A program made the position numbers and the translations under genes. Shown here piece after piece: positions 20,679-31,048 of a stretch of DNA of 64,000 nt. The stretch comes from Deltaproteobacteria bacterium (GTDB lineage Bacteria > Desulfobacterota > Deferrimicrobia > Deferrimicrobiales > Deferrimicrobiaceae), in assembly GCA_050263095.1 (NCBI GenBank), contig JBLNEW010000068.1:14570-78569 (forward strand). Direction: 5' to 3'. Within the stretch, counting starts at the first letter, position 1. Each line of letters begins with the position of its first letter. The notes below the pieces were generated by a model. The model was not told the origin of the DNA, made no database searches, and saw nothing but the letters and a program-made list of their open reading frames with translations.

Positions 20679-21443
20679 CTATTGGGGCACGACCCGGTTG
20701 GTCAAGGGGCCTATGCCCTCTATATCGACCGTCATGACGTCCCCCGCCTTGACCGCCCCCACCCCGGGGGGGGTCCCGGTGGCTATCACGTCCCCCGGGA
20801 AAAGGGTCATGACGCCGGTTATGAACTCCACCAGCCGGAAGACGGACGCGCCCATCTCGCGGGTGTTCCCGTCCTGCCGGACCACTCCGTTCACGAGGCA
20901 CCGGATCCGGAGCGAGGAAGGATCGAGCACCGTCTCGATCCAGGGGCCGATCGGCGCAAAGGTGTCGAACCCTTTCGCCCGCGCGTAAAGGCCGTCCTTC
21001 GCCTGAAGGTCGCGCGCCGTCACGTCGTTTATGCAGGTGTATCCCAGTATCACGGAAGGCGCGTCCTTCGCCGCCACGGCCTTGGCGACGCGCCCGATCA
21101 CAACCGCCAGTTCGGCCTCGTAATCGAGGCGCCGAGTTGCACGCGGGTATACCACGTCCCCCCCCGGATGATTCAGTGCCGACGGCGCCTTGAGGAATAT
21201 GAGCGGCTCCTCGGGGATCTTCTTTCCCATCTCGCGCGCGTGGTCCTTGTAGTTGAGCCCGACCGCGACGATCTTGGAGGGGGAAACCGGGGCCAGCAGC
21301 CGGACCTCGCCCAGCGGGTGGACGTTCCCGGTGAAGCGGACCTCGTCGAACGGTTGCCCCGCGGTCTCGCGGATCCCGCCGCTCTCCGGATCGAGCACGC
21401 CGCACGATGCCTTGCCGTCCTTCTCGAACCGCAAAAGCTTCAT
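20679..21443 (-). CDS. fumarylacetoacetate hydrolase (FAH) family protein
   Basis: 254 aa. FAH-fold motifs (KIVAVGLNYKDHAREMG, YEAELAVVIG, GTPPGVG). Confidence 0.85.
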   Translation of the reverse strand: MKLLRFEKDGKASCGVLDPESGGIRETAGQPFDEVRFTGNVHPLGEVRLLAPVSPSKIVAVGLNYKDHAREMGKKIPEEPLIFLKAPSALNHPGGDVVYPRATRRLDYEAELAVVIGRVAKAVAAKDAPSVILGYTCINDVTARDLQAKDGLYARAKGFDTFAPIGPWIETVLDPSSLRIRCLVNGVVRQDGNTREMGASVFRLVEFITGVMTLFPGDVIATGTPPGVGAVKAGDVMTVDIEGIGPLTNRVVPQ

Positions 21444-21449
21444 CGAAGG

Positions 21450-22253
21450 CTATATTCCCAGCACGGCGCGCATGTCGTAGAGGCCGGGAGGCTTTCCCGC
21501 CACCCACGCGGCCGCGCGGGCCGCCCCTCGCGCGAACGTCTCCCGGCTGTGGGCGCGGTGGGTGATCTCGAAACGCTCGCCGATCCCCCCGAAGACCAGT
21601 GTGTGCTCTCCCACCACGTCGCCCGCCCGCACGGCGAAGACGCCGATCTCCTTCCGCGACCGCTCCCCCACGATTCCGCGGCGGCCGTAGATGCCCGCGT
21701 CCTTCATATCCCTTCCGAGCGCCGCCGCCACGGAATCCGCGAGCTTCACGGCAGTCCCCGAAGGGGAATCCTTCTTGAAACGGTGGTGCACCTCGACTAT
21801 CTCCACGTCGTACTCGTCGCCCAGCACCACGGCCGCATCGGCCGCCAGCTTGAACATGAGGTTGACGCCGACGCTCATGTTCGGCGACAGGACGCACGGA
21901 ATGCCCTTCGCCGCTTCCCGGACTTCCGAAACCTGTTCGGGCGCAAGCCCGGTGCTTCCGATAACGATCGCCTTCCCGGCGGCAAACGCCTGGCGCGCAT
22001 GGGACACAGACGACGCGGCATGCGTGAAGTCGATCGCCACGTCGGCCGTCGCGATCGCATTCGGGAAATCGTCCGTGACAGGCACTCCGGACTTCCCCGC
22101 GCCCGCCGCCTCGAGGGCGTCCTGCCCGATGAGCGAATGACCCGGCGCCTCCACCGCGCCTGAAAGGACCAGCCCGAACGGGCGCTCCCTCAGCACGGAG
22201 AGTACCGCCCTCCCCATCCTGCCCATGGCGCCGCAAACCACCACTCTCGCCAT
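21450..22253 (-). CDS. dapB: 4-hydroxy-tetrahydrodipicolinate reductase
   Basis: I start at ATG 22251-22253 (MARVVVCGAMGRMGRAV, Rossmann GxxGxxG). The track N-terminal extension is implausible. DapB C-terminal domain present. Confidence 0.85.
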   Translation of the reverse strand: MARVVVCGAMGRMGRAVLSVLRERPFGLVLSGAVEAPGHSLIGQDALEAAGAGKSGVPVTDDFPNAIATADVAIDFTHAASSVSHARQAFAAGKAIVIGSTGLAPEQVSEVREAAKGIPCVLSPNMSVGVNLMFKLAADAAVVLGDEYDVEIVEVHHRFKKDSPSGTAVKLADSVAAALGRDMKDAGIYGRRGIVGERSRKEIGVFAVRAGDVVGEHTLVFGGIGERFEITHRAHSRETFARGAARAAAWVAGKPPGLYDMRAVLGI

Positions 22254-22261
22254 ATTTCCGC

Positions 22262-23134
22262 CTACGCCAGCCGAAGGTCCGACAGGACGGCGGCAAGCTT
22301 CTTCCTGTTTCCATCGGACATCGGGCACAACGGCAGCCGGAATTCTTCCCGTATCATCTTCATCATCGCAAGCGCCGTCTTCGCCGGGATCGGGTTGGTT
22401 TCCACGAAAAGGACATGGAACAGCGGCCACAGGCGAAAATGAATCTCGCGCGCCTTCGAGAACTCACCCAGGGAGAAGGCGTCGTACAGGTCGGCCATCA
22501 ATTTCGGCGCGACGTTCGACGCGACGGATATCACGCCTTTCGCGCCGAGCGCCATCATGGGGAAGAAAAGGCCGTCGTCGCCCGAAAGAACGCAGAATTT
22601 CTTCGGCGTCATTTGAAGGATGTCGCACACCTGGGAGAGGTTCCCGGATGCCTCCTTCACTCCCACGATGTTCTTTACCTCGGCGAGGCGGGCCACCGTC
22701 TCGGCGGCCATGTTGACGCCGGTGCGCCCCGGAACGTTGTACAGGATGACGGGAATGTCGACCGCCTCCGCCACGGCGCGGAAATGGCGGTAGAGACCTT
22801 CCTGCGTCGGCTTGTTGTAGTACGGGGTTATGACCAGCGCTGCGTCCGCCCCCGCCTTCTTCGCGTACCGCGTCAGCGCGACTGCTTCCTTCGTGTTGTT
22901 GGACCCGGTCCCCGCGATGACAGGCACCCGCCCCGCCGCGGCTTCGACCACGATGTCGATTACCGCTTCGTGCTCGTCGTACGACAAGGTCGCCGATTCC
23001 CCCGTCGTCCCGCAGGGGACTATCCCGTCCGTCCCGTTCCGGATCTGGAATTCAGCCAGTTTTTTAAGTCCCTTCCGGTCCAGCTTCCCGTTCAGAAACG
23101 GCGTGACCGTTGCGACGATGGCACCGTGGAACAT
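22262..23134 (-). CDS. dapA: 4-hydroxy-tetrahydrodipicolinate synthase
   Basis: 290 aa. GIVPCGTTGESATLS and VPVIAGTGSNNT motifs of DapA. Confidence 0.9.
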   Translation of the reverse strand: MFHGAIVATVTPFLNGKLDRKGLKKLAEFQIRNGTDGIVPCGTTGESATLSYDEHEAVIDIVVEAAAGRVPVIAGTGSNNTKEAVALTRYAKKAGADAALVITPYYNKPTQEGLYRHFRAVAEAVDIPVILYNVPGRTGVNMAAETVARLAEVKNIVGVKEASGNLSQVCDILQMTPKKFCVLSGDDGLFFPMMALGAKGVISVASNVAPKLMADLYDAFSLGEFSKAREIHFRLWPLFHVLFVETNPIPAKTALAMMKMIREEFRLPLCPMSDGNRKKLAAVLSDLRLA

Positions 23135-23153
23135 CTTCGTCCTCCCCCTCTTT

Positions 23154-23981
23154 TCAGTAGCGGTAAGCTTCCTTTAAAATAACGCCGTCGCATGACCACG
23201 ACGTGTCGCCTTCCAGGTAGACCTCCCCGAAGCCATCCTTTCCGCGGTCGAAGTGAATGGTGAGCACCTCCCCGCCCCGGGTGCGGACCGACACCGGCGG
23301 GCGCACATATCCGTGCGCCGCTGAAAGCAGGCCGGCGGCGACGGCGCCCGTTCCGCACGCAAGGGTCTCGCCCTCCACCCCGCGTTCGTACGTGCGGATC
23401 CATACGACGCCGTCCTTGATGCGCACGAAGTTCACGTTCGTGCCTCGCGGGGCGAAGGCGCGGTGCCTCCTGATCCCCCGCCCGGTCCCGGGCAGGTCGA
23501 TCTTCTCCAGGTCGGGGACGAACAGGACCGCGTGCGGTACGCCCGTGTTCAGGAACGAGTACGCGATCTTCCTGCCGCCCAGGGTCAGCGATTTCGAAAG
23601 CGCCAGGCCGCGCGGGCGGGTCATCTGCAGCTTGACGGTCCGGTCCCTGACTTCCGCGCGGATGAGGCCGGCGTCGGTCTCGAATCCGAGCGCGCGATTC
23701 GCGATCTTCCGCTCGACGGCGAAACGGGCGGCGCAGCGCCCCCCGTTTCCGCACATTTCGGCGCGCGATCCGTCGGCGTTGAAGAACCGCCAGCGGAAGT
23801 CGGCCCTCCTCGACTTCTCTATGAAGATGACCCCGTCCGCGCCGACCGAGCGGGATCGGTCGCAGACCTTGCCGACGAACGACGGGAGGGCGATGCCGCG
23901 CATGATCCCTCCGCGATTGTCTATCAGCAGAAAATCGTTTCCGCTGCCGTTGAGCTTAGAAAATGGAATGCCCTTCTTCAT
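23154..23981 (-). CDS. dapF: diaminopimelate epimerase
   Basis: 275 aa. NGSGNDFLLID and MCGNGGRCAARF catalytic-cysteine motifs. Confidence 0.9.
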   Translation of the reverse strand: MKKGIPFSKLNGSGNDFLLIDNRGGIMRGIALPSFVGKVCDRSRSVGADGVIFIEKSRRADFRWRFFNADGSRAEMCGNGGRCAARFAVERKIANRALGFETDAGLIRAEVRDRTVKLQMTRPRGLALSKSLTLGGRKIAYSFLNTGVPHAVLFVPDLEKIDLPGTGRGIRRHRAFAPRGTNVNFVRIKDGVVWIRTYERGVEGETLACGTGAVAAGLLSAAHGYVRPPVSVRTRGGEVLTIHFDRGKDGFGEVYLEGDTSWSCDGVILKEAYRY

Positions 23982-24009
23982 CCGTCACCCGTCGAAAATC
24001 ATCGTGCGG

Positions 24010-25287
24010 CTATTTTAGCAGAAACGAAGCCGTCTTCTCGCCCGCTGCAAGCTCCAGGACCGGTTCCCGCCTCCGGACCACCTCGTACCTCGAACCTTTC
24101 ACCATGACTTCCGCCGCCCGCGGCCGCGAGTTGTAGTTGGACGCCATCGAGAATCCGTACGCGCCGGCGCTCATGACGGCGAGCAGGTCCCCCCGGCGGA
24201 CCTGCGGCAGCCGGCGATCCCTCGCGAGGAAGTCCCCCGACTCGCATACCGGGCCGACGACGTCGGCCGTGACTTTTGTACGGGCGCTTCCCCTGACGGG
24301 AACGATCGCATGATACGAGCCGTAAAGGGAGGGGCGGGCAAGGTCGTTCATCGCGGCGTCAACGATGAAGAAACGCTTCTTCCCCTTCCCTTTCAGGGTC
24401 GGCGCCTCTTTCGTGAACAGAACGCCGGTCAGCAGGACGCCGGCGTTTCCCACCAGCACCCTCCCGGGCTCCAGCACGAGGGTGACGTCCAGGCCTGCAA
24501 AGGACTTTAGGACGGCTTCTGCATACTGCTTCGGGTCAGGGGGAAGCTCTTCGTCATAGGTGATCCCCAGCCCTCCCCCGATGTCGACGATGCGGATCGG
24601 GAGTCCCTTCCCGATCAGCCGGTCGACCAGCAGCCGGACCCTTGCGGCCGCGTCCACGAAAGGCGATATCTCGGTAAGCTGCGAGCCGATGTGGCAGTCC
24701 ACTCCCACGATCTCGATGTGCTTTCTCCTCGCGGCCCATTCGTAGTCCTTGATCGCCTGCCCTATGTGGATCCCGAACTTGTTCTTTTTTAGCCCCGTCG
24801 AAATGTAAGGATGGGTCTTCGGGTCGACGTCCGGATTCACCCGCAGCGAGATCGGGGCGCGCTTCCTCATCCGGCCGGCAACGGCGTCGATCGTCTCCAG
24901 CTCCTCGCGGGACTCCACGTTGAACATCAGGATCCCCCGCCTCAACGCCTCCTCGATCTCCCATATCTGCTTGCCCACGCCCGAATAGACGATCTTGGAC
25001 GGCGGCGCCCCTGCGGCCAGCGCCCTTGCCAGCTCTCCGCCGGACACGATGTCCACGCCCCCGCCCATGTTCGTGAACGTCCTTATGACCGATCCGTTCG
25101 AATTCGCCTTCATCGAGTAGCAGACCACGTGCCTCATTCCCGCGAACGCCTCGTCGAAAACCTTGAAGTGTTGCGCAAGGGTGGCATGGCTGTACACGTA
25201 AGCGGGAGTTCCCACGGCCTCCGCTATCCGTCGCAGCGGCACGCCTTCGCAATACATCTCCCCCCGCCTCGTTTCGAAATGGTGCAT
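24010..25287 (-). CDS. lysA: diaminopimelate decarboxylase
   Basis: 425 aa. PLP-dependent Orn/DAP decarboxylase motifs (YSMKANSN; GGGLGI; EPGR; CESGD). Confidence 0.9.
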   Translation of the reverse strand: MHHFETRRGEMYCEGVPLRRIAEAVGTPAYVYSHATLAQHFKVFDEAFAGMRHVVCYSMKANSNGSVIRTFTNMGGGVDIVSGGELARALAAGAPPSKIVYSGVGKQIWEIEEALRRGILMFNVESREELETIDAVAGRMRKRAPISLRVNPDVDPKTHPYISTGLKKNKFGIHIGQAIKDYEWAARRKHIEIVGVDCHIGSQLTEISPFVDAAARVRLLVDRLIGKGLPIRIVDIGGGLGITYDEELPPDPKQYAEAVLKSFAGLDVTLVLEPGRVLVGNAGVLLTGVLFTKEAPTLKGKGKKRFFIVDAAMNDLARPSLYGSYHAIVPVRGSARTKVTADVVGPVCESGDFLARDRRLPQVRRGDLLAVMSAGAYGFSMASNYNSRPRAAEVMVKGSRYEVVRRREPVLELAAGEKTASFLLK

Positions 25288-25291
25288 ACGA

Positions 25292-25426
25292 TCACCTCGC
25301 CGACGATGATAGGTTCCCGATCGGGGATTCGCCGCGCAGCGGCTCGGGCTTCGCCTTCCGCCCGCAGGCGAATGCCGCGCAAAGGGCCAGGGCCAGCAGA
25401 AGGAGTGCGAGCGTTTTCCGTCTCAT
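25292..25426 (-). CDS. putative small secreted/lipoprotein (44 aa), translationally coupled to argH
   Basis: ATG overlaps the argH TGA (ATGA). MRRKTLALLLLALALCAAFACGRKAKPEPLRGESPIGNLSSSAR has signal-peptide features (positive N-terminus, hydrophobic core, Cys). Below the ORF-track size cut-off, so not listed there. Confidence 0.3.
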   Translation of the reverse strand: MRRKTLALLLLALALCAAFACGRKAKPEPLRGESPIGNLSSSAR

Positions 25427-26796
25427 TTCTTCTTCAGCTCCTCGAGGCGCCTTCGGACCGCTTCGGGCCCCGTTCCCCCGCGGGTGTTCCTTTGGCGGAC
25501 GGAGCGGGTAAGCGAGATCGCGTCCCTCACGTCTTCGCCGATCCTCGCGTGGAACGACCGCAGCTCTTTAAGGCTCAAGTCCTTGAGCCTCTTCCCGTTT
25601 TCCTCGCAGTAGCGGACGATCTTTCCGGTTATCTCGTGCGCCTTGCGGAACGGGACTCCCTTCCGGGCAAGGTAGTCCGCAAGGTCGGTCGCGGTGAGGA
25701 ATCCGTCGTCGCAGGCCGTGCGCATCCTCTCCTCGTTCACGGACATGCCCTCGATGAGCAGCGCCGCGCCTATCAGCGATTCCTTCACTGTCCGCGCCGA
25801 ATCGAACACCGGCTCCTTGTCCTCCTGAAGGTCGCGGTTGTAGGAAAGCGGGAGCCCCTTCATGATGGTAAGCAGGCTCATCAGGTTCCCGTAAGCGCGG
25901 CCGGCCTTCCCGCGGATCAGCTCGGGGACGTCGGGATTCTTCTTCTGCGGCATGATGCTGCTACCGGTGCACATCGCGTCCGGCAGGGAAAGGAATCCGA
26001 ATTCGGAGGAGGACCAATAGACCATCTCCTCCGAGAGGCGGGACAGGTGCATCATGGCCACGGCGCATGCGAAAAGGAAATCGGCGGCGAAGTCGCGGTC
26101 GGAGACGGCGTCTATGCTGTTTTCGCACAAACCGTCCATCCCGAGCTCCCTTGCCGCGGATTCGCGGTCAAGCGGGAACGTCGTGCCTGCCAGGGCGCCT
26201 GCCCCCAGCGGAGATACGTTCGCGCGGCGGCGGGCTTCACCGAACCTGTCCTCGTCGCGCGAAAGCATCTCGTCGTACGCCAGCAGGTAGTGGGAAAAGA
26301 GGACCGGCTGCGCCCGCTGCACGTGGGTGTATCCCGGCATGACGACTCCGAAGCACTCCTCGGCGCGCCGCAGGATGCGCTCCCTGACCTTCGCGATCAG
26401 CGCGAGTATCTCGTCGATCTCGTCACGCAGGTACAGCCGCAGGTCCAGGGCGACCTGGTCGTTGCGGCTCCTGCCGGTATGGAGCTTGCCGCCGATCTTC
26501 CCGATCTTCTGGATAAGGCGCTGCTCCACGGCCATGTGGATGTCTTCCTGGGAAAGGGCGAAGGAGATCTTCCCCGACTCGATCTCCCGCTGGATCTCGC
26601 CCAGCGCGGCGACTATCCGCCCCGCCTCGGCCTTCGGGATAATCTTCCGCCGGCCGAGCATGCGGGCGTGGGCGATGCTGCCGGCGATGTCCTGCCTGTA
26701 GAGCAGGATGTCGAACGGGATCGAGGCGGTGAATTCCTCGACGAACCGGTCGGTCCCCACTGTGAAACGCCCTCCCCACGCTTTTTTCTTCGCCAT
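25423..26796 (-). CDS. argH: argininosuccinate lyase
   Basis: 457 aa. Fumarate-lyase signature GSSIMPQKKNPDVPE. Confidence 0.9.
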   Translation of the reverse strand: MAKKKAWGGRFTVGTDRFVEEFTASIPFDILLYRQDIAGSIAHARMLGRRKIIPKAEAGRIVAALGEIQREIESGKISFALSQEDIHMAVEQRLIQKIGKIGGKLHTGRSRNDQVALDLRLYLRDEIDEILALIAKVRERILRRAEECFGVVMPGYTHVQRAQPVLFSHYLLAYDEMLSRDEDRFGEARRRANVSPLGAGALAGTTFPLDRESAARELGMDGLCENSIDAVSDRDFAADFLFACAVAMMHLSRLSEEMVYWSSSEFGFLSLPDAMCTGSSIMPQKKNPDVPELIRGKAGRAYGNLMSLLTIMKGLPLSYNRDLQEDKEPVFDSARTVKESLIGAALLIEGMSVNEERMRTACDDGFLTATDLADYLARKGVPFRKAHEITGKIVRYCEENGKRLKDLSLKELRSFHARIGEDVRDAISLTRSVRQRNTRGGTGPEAVRRRLEELKKK

Positions 26797-26803
26797 CTCG
26801 TTT

Positions 26804-28012
26804 TCAGCCCTTCCCGCCCTTGAGCATCGAGCGGATCTTGAGGCGCAGCGCGTTTATCTTGATGAAGCCGGTGGCATCCGCCTGGTTGAATACCGTCTCT
26901 TTCTCGAACGTGGCGAAATCGGTCCGGTACAGGGATACCGGGCTCTTCCTGCCGACGACGGCGCAGCTACCCTTGTAAAGCTTGAGCCTCGCCGTCCCGG
27001 TCACGTTCTCCTGCGTCTTTTCGACCGTCGACATCAGCAGCTCCATCTCCGGCGAATACCAGTAGCCGTAATAGATGAGCTCGGCGAACTTCGGGATCAG
27101 CGAATCCCGCAGGTGCATCACCTCGCGGTCCAGAGTGACCGACTCGACTGCCCTGTGCGCGCAGTGCAGGATGGTCCCGCCCGGCGTCTCGTATACTCCG
27201 TGCGACTTCATGCCCACGTACCGGTTCTCGACGAGGTCCACGCGTCCGATCCCGTGGATTCCCCCGATGCGGTTCAGGTGGGCGAGCAGTTTCGCGGGGC
27301 CCATTTTCTTCCCGTCCACGGCGACGGGAACGCCCCTGGCGAAGTCCACTTCGACGTACACCGGCTTCCCGGGGGCCTTCTCCGGAGACCGGGTGAGAAC
27401 GAACATGTCCTCGGGCGGCTCCGCCCAGGGGTCTTCGAGGATCCCCCCCTCGAAGCTGATGTGCATGAGGTTCCGGTCGCTGGAGTAGGGCTTCCTGGCA
27501 GTGACGGGCGTCGGGATGCCGTGCCTCCTCGCGTAATTTACGAGGTCGGTGCGGGAGGAGAACTCCCACTCCCGCCACGGCACGATCACGCGGATTCCCG
27601 GCATCAGCGCGTAGTAGGTCAGCTCGAACCGCACCTGGTCGTTCCCCTTGCCGGTGGCGCCGTGGGAAACGGCCTCGGCCTTCTCCCTCCTGGCCACCTC
27701 TATCTGCTTCTTCGCTATCAGGGGGCGGGCGATGGATGTCCCCAGGAGGTACGATCCTTCGTAGACCGCGTTGGCCATCAGCGACGGGAAGATGAAATCC
27801 CTGACGAACTCGTCCTTGACGTCCTCCACGTACACCTTGGAGGCTCCGGTCTTCTTCGCCTTCGCGCGGACGGGGGCGAGCTCCTCTCCCTGTCCCAGGT
27901 CGGCCACGAACGCGATCACCTCGCATTCGTACGTCTCGATGAGCCACCGCAGGATGACCGAGGTGTCCAGCCCCCCCGAATACGCGAGCACGACCTTCTT
28001 GACTTTTTTCAA
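26804..28012 (-). CDS. argG: argininosuccinate synthase
   Basis: 402 aa. [11 protein letters not shown]-loop motif; ArgG fold. Confidence 0.9.
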   Translation of the reverse strand: MKKVKKVVLAYSGGLDTSVILRWLIETYECEVIAFVADLGQGEELAPVRAKAKKTGASKVYVEDVKDEFVRDFIFPSLMANAVYEGSYLLGTSIARPLIAKKQIEVARREKAEAVSHGATGKGNDQVRFELTYYALMPGIRVIVPWREWEFSSRTDLVNYARRHGIPTPVTARKPYSSDRNLMHISFEGGILEDPWAEPPEDMFVLTRSPEKAPGKPVYVEVDFARGVPVAVDGKKMGPAKLLAHLNRIGGIHGIGRVDLVENRYVGMKSHGVYETPGGTILHCAHRAVESVTLDREVMHLRDSLIPKFAELIYYGYWYSPEMELLMSTVEKTQENVTGTARLKLYKGSCAVVGRKSPVSLYRTDFATFEKETVFNQADATGFIKINALRLKIRSMLKGGKG

Positions 28013-28030
28013 TTTCGCTTCCTCCGTCCG

Positions 28031-28945
28031 TTAATGTGGGATGAGCTTCGCCAGCAGGGCCATCTGGACGTGCAAGCGGTTTTCCGCCTCGTCGAACACG
28101 GCGGACTGCGGACCCTCCATCATGTCGTCGGTGATCTCCTCCCCGCGATGGGCGGGCAGGCAGTGCATGACGATCGCCCCGTTTCGCGCCTTCCCCAGCA
28201 GGCCTGCGTCGATGCTATATCCGCGGAACGCCTCGAGCCGCCGTCGCCTCTCCTTCTCCTGCCCCATGCTGGTCCACACGTCCGTATACAGGACGTCCGC
28301 GCCTTTCGCCGCTTCCGCCGGGTCGCGGACGATGCGCACGTCTCCCTTGCCCCCGGCAGCGGCCTCCCGCAGCACTTCCGCGTCCGGCTCGAATCCCTTC
28401 GGGCACGCGACGCGAAGGGAAAAGCCGAGCAGGTGCGCCGCCTCCACCCATGAATTGGCGACGTTGTTGCCGTCGCCGATGTACGCTACCTTCATTCTGC
28501 GGATATCCAATCCCCGCTCCTGCGCCGTCATCAGGTCGGCGAGCACCTGGCAGGGATGGTGGTCGTCGGTCAGGCCGTTTATGACGGGGACGCTCGACCA
28601 TTCGGCCATCTCCCTTGCCGATTCGTGGAGGAACGTCCGGATCACGATCGCGTCGACGTAACGTGAAAGCACCCTGGCGGTGTCACGCAACGGCTCGCCC
28701 CGCCCGATCTGCGTGTCCCCCGGCGCAAGGAAGATGGCGTGCCCTCCCAGCCTGGTCATGCCGACCTCGAACGACACGCGCGTCCGCGTCGACGCCTTCT
28801 GGAAGATCATCGCCAGCGTCTTGCCGGCCAGCGGCCGGAGCGCGCCGCGCCGGTTCCTCCTTCGCTTCAACGCCCGGCCCGACGCGATTATGGAGAGGAG
28901 CTCCCCGGCGTCGAGATCGAGGATCCGCAGCAGATCCTTGCTCAC
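28031..28945 (-). CDS. argF: ornithine carbamoyltransferase
   Basis: I start at GTG compl. 28943-28945 (GAGGGAGGA RBS; GTGA overlap with argD stop). STRTRVSFE carbamoyl-phosphate motif and HCLP ornithine-binding motif. Confidence 0.85.
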   Translation of the reverse strand: MSKDLLRILDLDAGELLSIIASGRALKRRRNRRGALRPLAGKTLAMIFQKASTRTRVSFEVGMTRLGGHAIFLAPGDTQIGRGEPLRDTARVLSRYVDAIVIRTFLHESAREMAEWSSVPVINGLTDDHHPCQVLADLMTAQERGLDIRRMKVAYIGDGNNVANSWVEAAHLLGFSLRVACPKGFEPDAEVLREAAAGGKGDVRIVRDPAEAAKGADVLYTDVWTSMGQEKERRRRLEAFRGYSIDAGLLGKARNGAIVMHCLPAHRGEEITDDMMEGPQSAVFDEAENRLHVQMALLAKLIPH

Positions 28946-30117
28946 TTGCGTCCTCCCTCGGGCAGGGATTCCCACAACAGGTCGAGCGCATGCCGGATCT
29001 CCGCGTCGTTCACGGTCAGCGGCGGCAGGAAGCGCAGCACGTTACCAGACGTTGCGTTGACGACCAGGCCGTTGCGCAGGCACTGCGCGGCTATCTCCTT
29101 CGTCTCGACCTCCATTTCCATGGCGAGCATGAGGCCCAGGCCGCGAACCTTCCGGACGTCGGTCCGCCGCTCGGCCATCTCGGAAAGCCCGTTCTTGAGC
29201 AATTCTCCCTTGCGGCGGACTTCTTCGAGGAATCCCTGCGACTTAAGCGTCTCAAGGACGACCTTGGCCGCGGAGCAGCATACGGGATTGCCCCCGAACG
29301 TGCTTCCATGCGAGCCGGGGCCGAACGCGGCGGCGACGTCATCGCGCGCGACCACCGCACCGAGCGGCAGCCCGTTAGCGAGTCCCTTGGCCAGCGTGAC
29401 GATATCGGGCATCAGGCCGAACCGCTCGCTCGCGAGCATGGCGCCGGTTCGCCCGAGACCGGTCTGGATCTCGTCCACGACGAGGAGCACGCCGTTCTGG
29501 CGGCAGAGGCGCTCGGCCTCCTTGAGATAACCGGGCGGGTGCATCCGCACGCCGCTTTCCCCCTGTATCGGCTCGACCAGGAACGCGCACGTGCGTTCGG
29601 TCAGGGCATCTTCCAGCGCCGCGATGTCGCCGAACGGGACGACGACGAATCCCGGGAGCATCGGCTCGAAACCCTTGTGGAACCTGGGCTGCCCGGTGGC
29701 GGAAAGCCCTCCGTAGGTCCTGCCGTGGAAAGATCCCTCCAGCACGACGAACTCGTGTGCGCCTTCCTTCCCCCGGTCGGCGAACCACTTCCTCGCAAGC
29801 TTTATCGCCGCCTCGTTCGCCTCGGTCCCGCTGTTGCAGAAAAAGACCTTCCCCCCGATCGTGGACTCGGACAGCAGCCGTCCCGCCTCGGCCTGGACGG
29901 GGACGTGGAACAGGTTGGACACGTGAAGCAGGTTCCTCGCCTGCACCGTCACGGCGCGGGTGACCTCCGGGTGCGTGTGCCCGAGGAGCGCCACGGCGAT
30001 GCCCCCCAGGAAATCCAGGTACTCCCGGCCTTCCGCGTCGAAGAGCCTTGCGCCTTCCCCGCGCACGAACGCCACCGGGGAGCGGGCGTAGTTCGCCATC
30101 TGGTATTTTTCGGTCAT
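28942..30117 (-). CDS. argD: acetylornithine aminotransferase
   Basis: I start at ATG 30117 (MTEKYQMANYARSPVAFVRGEG...); an alternative ATG lies 18 nt downstream. Class-III aminotransferase with DEIQTGLGRTG PLP motif. Confidence 0.85.
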   Translation of the reverse strand: MTEKYQMANYARSPVAFVRGEGARLFDAEGREYLDFLGGIAVALLGHTHPEVTRAVTVQARNLLHVSNLFHVPVQAEAGRLLSESTIGGKVFFCNSGTEANEAAIKLARKWFADRGKEGAHEFVVLEGSFHGRTYGGLSATGQPRFHKGFEPMLPGFVVVPFGDIAALEDALTERTCAFLVEPIQGESGVRMHPPGYLKEAERLCRQNGVLLVVDEIQTGLGRTGAMLASERFGLMPDIVTLAKGLANGLPLGAVVARDDVAAAFGPGSHGSTFGGNPVCCSAAKVVLETLKSQGFLEEVRRKGELLKNGLSEMAERRTDVRKVRGLGLMLAMEMEVETKEIAAQCLRNGLVVNATSGNVLRFLPPLTVNDAEIRHALDLLWESLPEGGRK

Positions 30118-30122
30118 CGCGA

Positions 30123-31028
30123 TCACGTCGGAGGTGCCCAAGGCGCTCCCCTTTCCGCGGCAGGCCCGGTTATCTCGGTTCCGATCCCCGCGTCGGTGAA
30201 TATCTCCAGCAGCACGCTGTGCGGGACGCGCCCGTCCAGTATATGGACCTTGGTGACACCCTTGCGCAGCGCCGTAAGCCCGCACTCGACCTTCGGGATC
30301 ATCCCCCCAGTGATCAAGCCGTTCCTGACGGCGGCTTCCACATCCTCGATCGTCATGGTGGAAATGCGCTCGCCCCTACGGTCGAGCACGCCCGGAACGT
30401 CCGTCAGGAGAATGAACTTTTCGGCGGATACCGCCGCGGCGACCTCGGCCGCCGCCGTGTCCCCGTTGATGTTGTACGCCTCCCCGGCGGGTCCCGCCCC
30501 TATTGGCGCGATGACCGGCACGAAACCGTCCCGCTCCATGCTGCGTATCACCTCGGGATTGACGCCCGTCACCTCCCCGACCATTCCGAGGTCGAGCGGC
30601 GCCCCGTCTTTGCCGGGGGCGGAATACTTCCTCGCCCGGATCAATCCCCCGTCCTTCCCCGTCAGGCCCACCGCCTTCCCTCCGAACCGGTCGATCAGAG
30701 CCACTATCTTCTTGTTGACAGTCCCGCCGAGCACCATCTCCACGACTTCCATCGCCTCCGGCGAGGTGACCCGCAGCCCCTCCTTCCGCTCCGAAGGTAT
30801 CGCGAGCCTGGAAAGGACGCTGTCTATCTGCGGCCCTCCCCCGTGCACGACGATGGGGCGTATCCCCACGAACTGCAGGAGGACGATGTCCTCGGCGAAT
30901 GAAGCCATCCGCTCGTCGCCGGCCATGGCGGCTCCGCCGTACTTGACCACTACCGTCTTTCCGGAGAACTCCCGGATATACGGCAGCGCCTCGATAAGGG
31001 TTTCCGCCTTCTGTATGTAGCTTTTCAT
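30123..31028 (-). CDS. argB: acetylglutamate kinase
   Basis: 301 aa. VVKYGGAAM and amino-acid-kinase family motifs. Confidence 0.9.
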   Translation of the reverse strand: MKSYIQKAETLIEALPYIREFSGKTVVVKYGGAAMAGDERMASFAEDIVLLQFVGIRPIVVHGGGPQIDSVLSRLAIPSERKEGLRVTSPEAMEVVEMVLGGTVNKKIVALIDRFGGKAVGLTGKDGGLIRARKYSAPGKDGAPLDLGMVGEVTGVNPEVIRSMERDGFVPVIAPIGAGPAGEAYNINGDTAAAEVAAAVSAEKFILLTDVPGVLDRRGERISTMTIEDVEAAVRNGLITGGMIPKVECGLTALRKGVTKVHILDGRVPHSVLLEIFTDAGIGTEITGPAAERGAPWAPPT

Positions 31029-31048
31029 CCTGTTGCCCCGCCGCGCTT

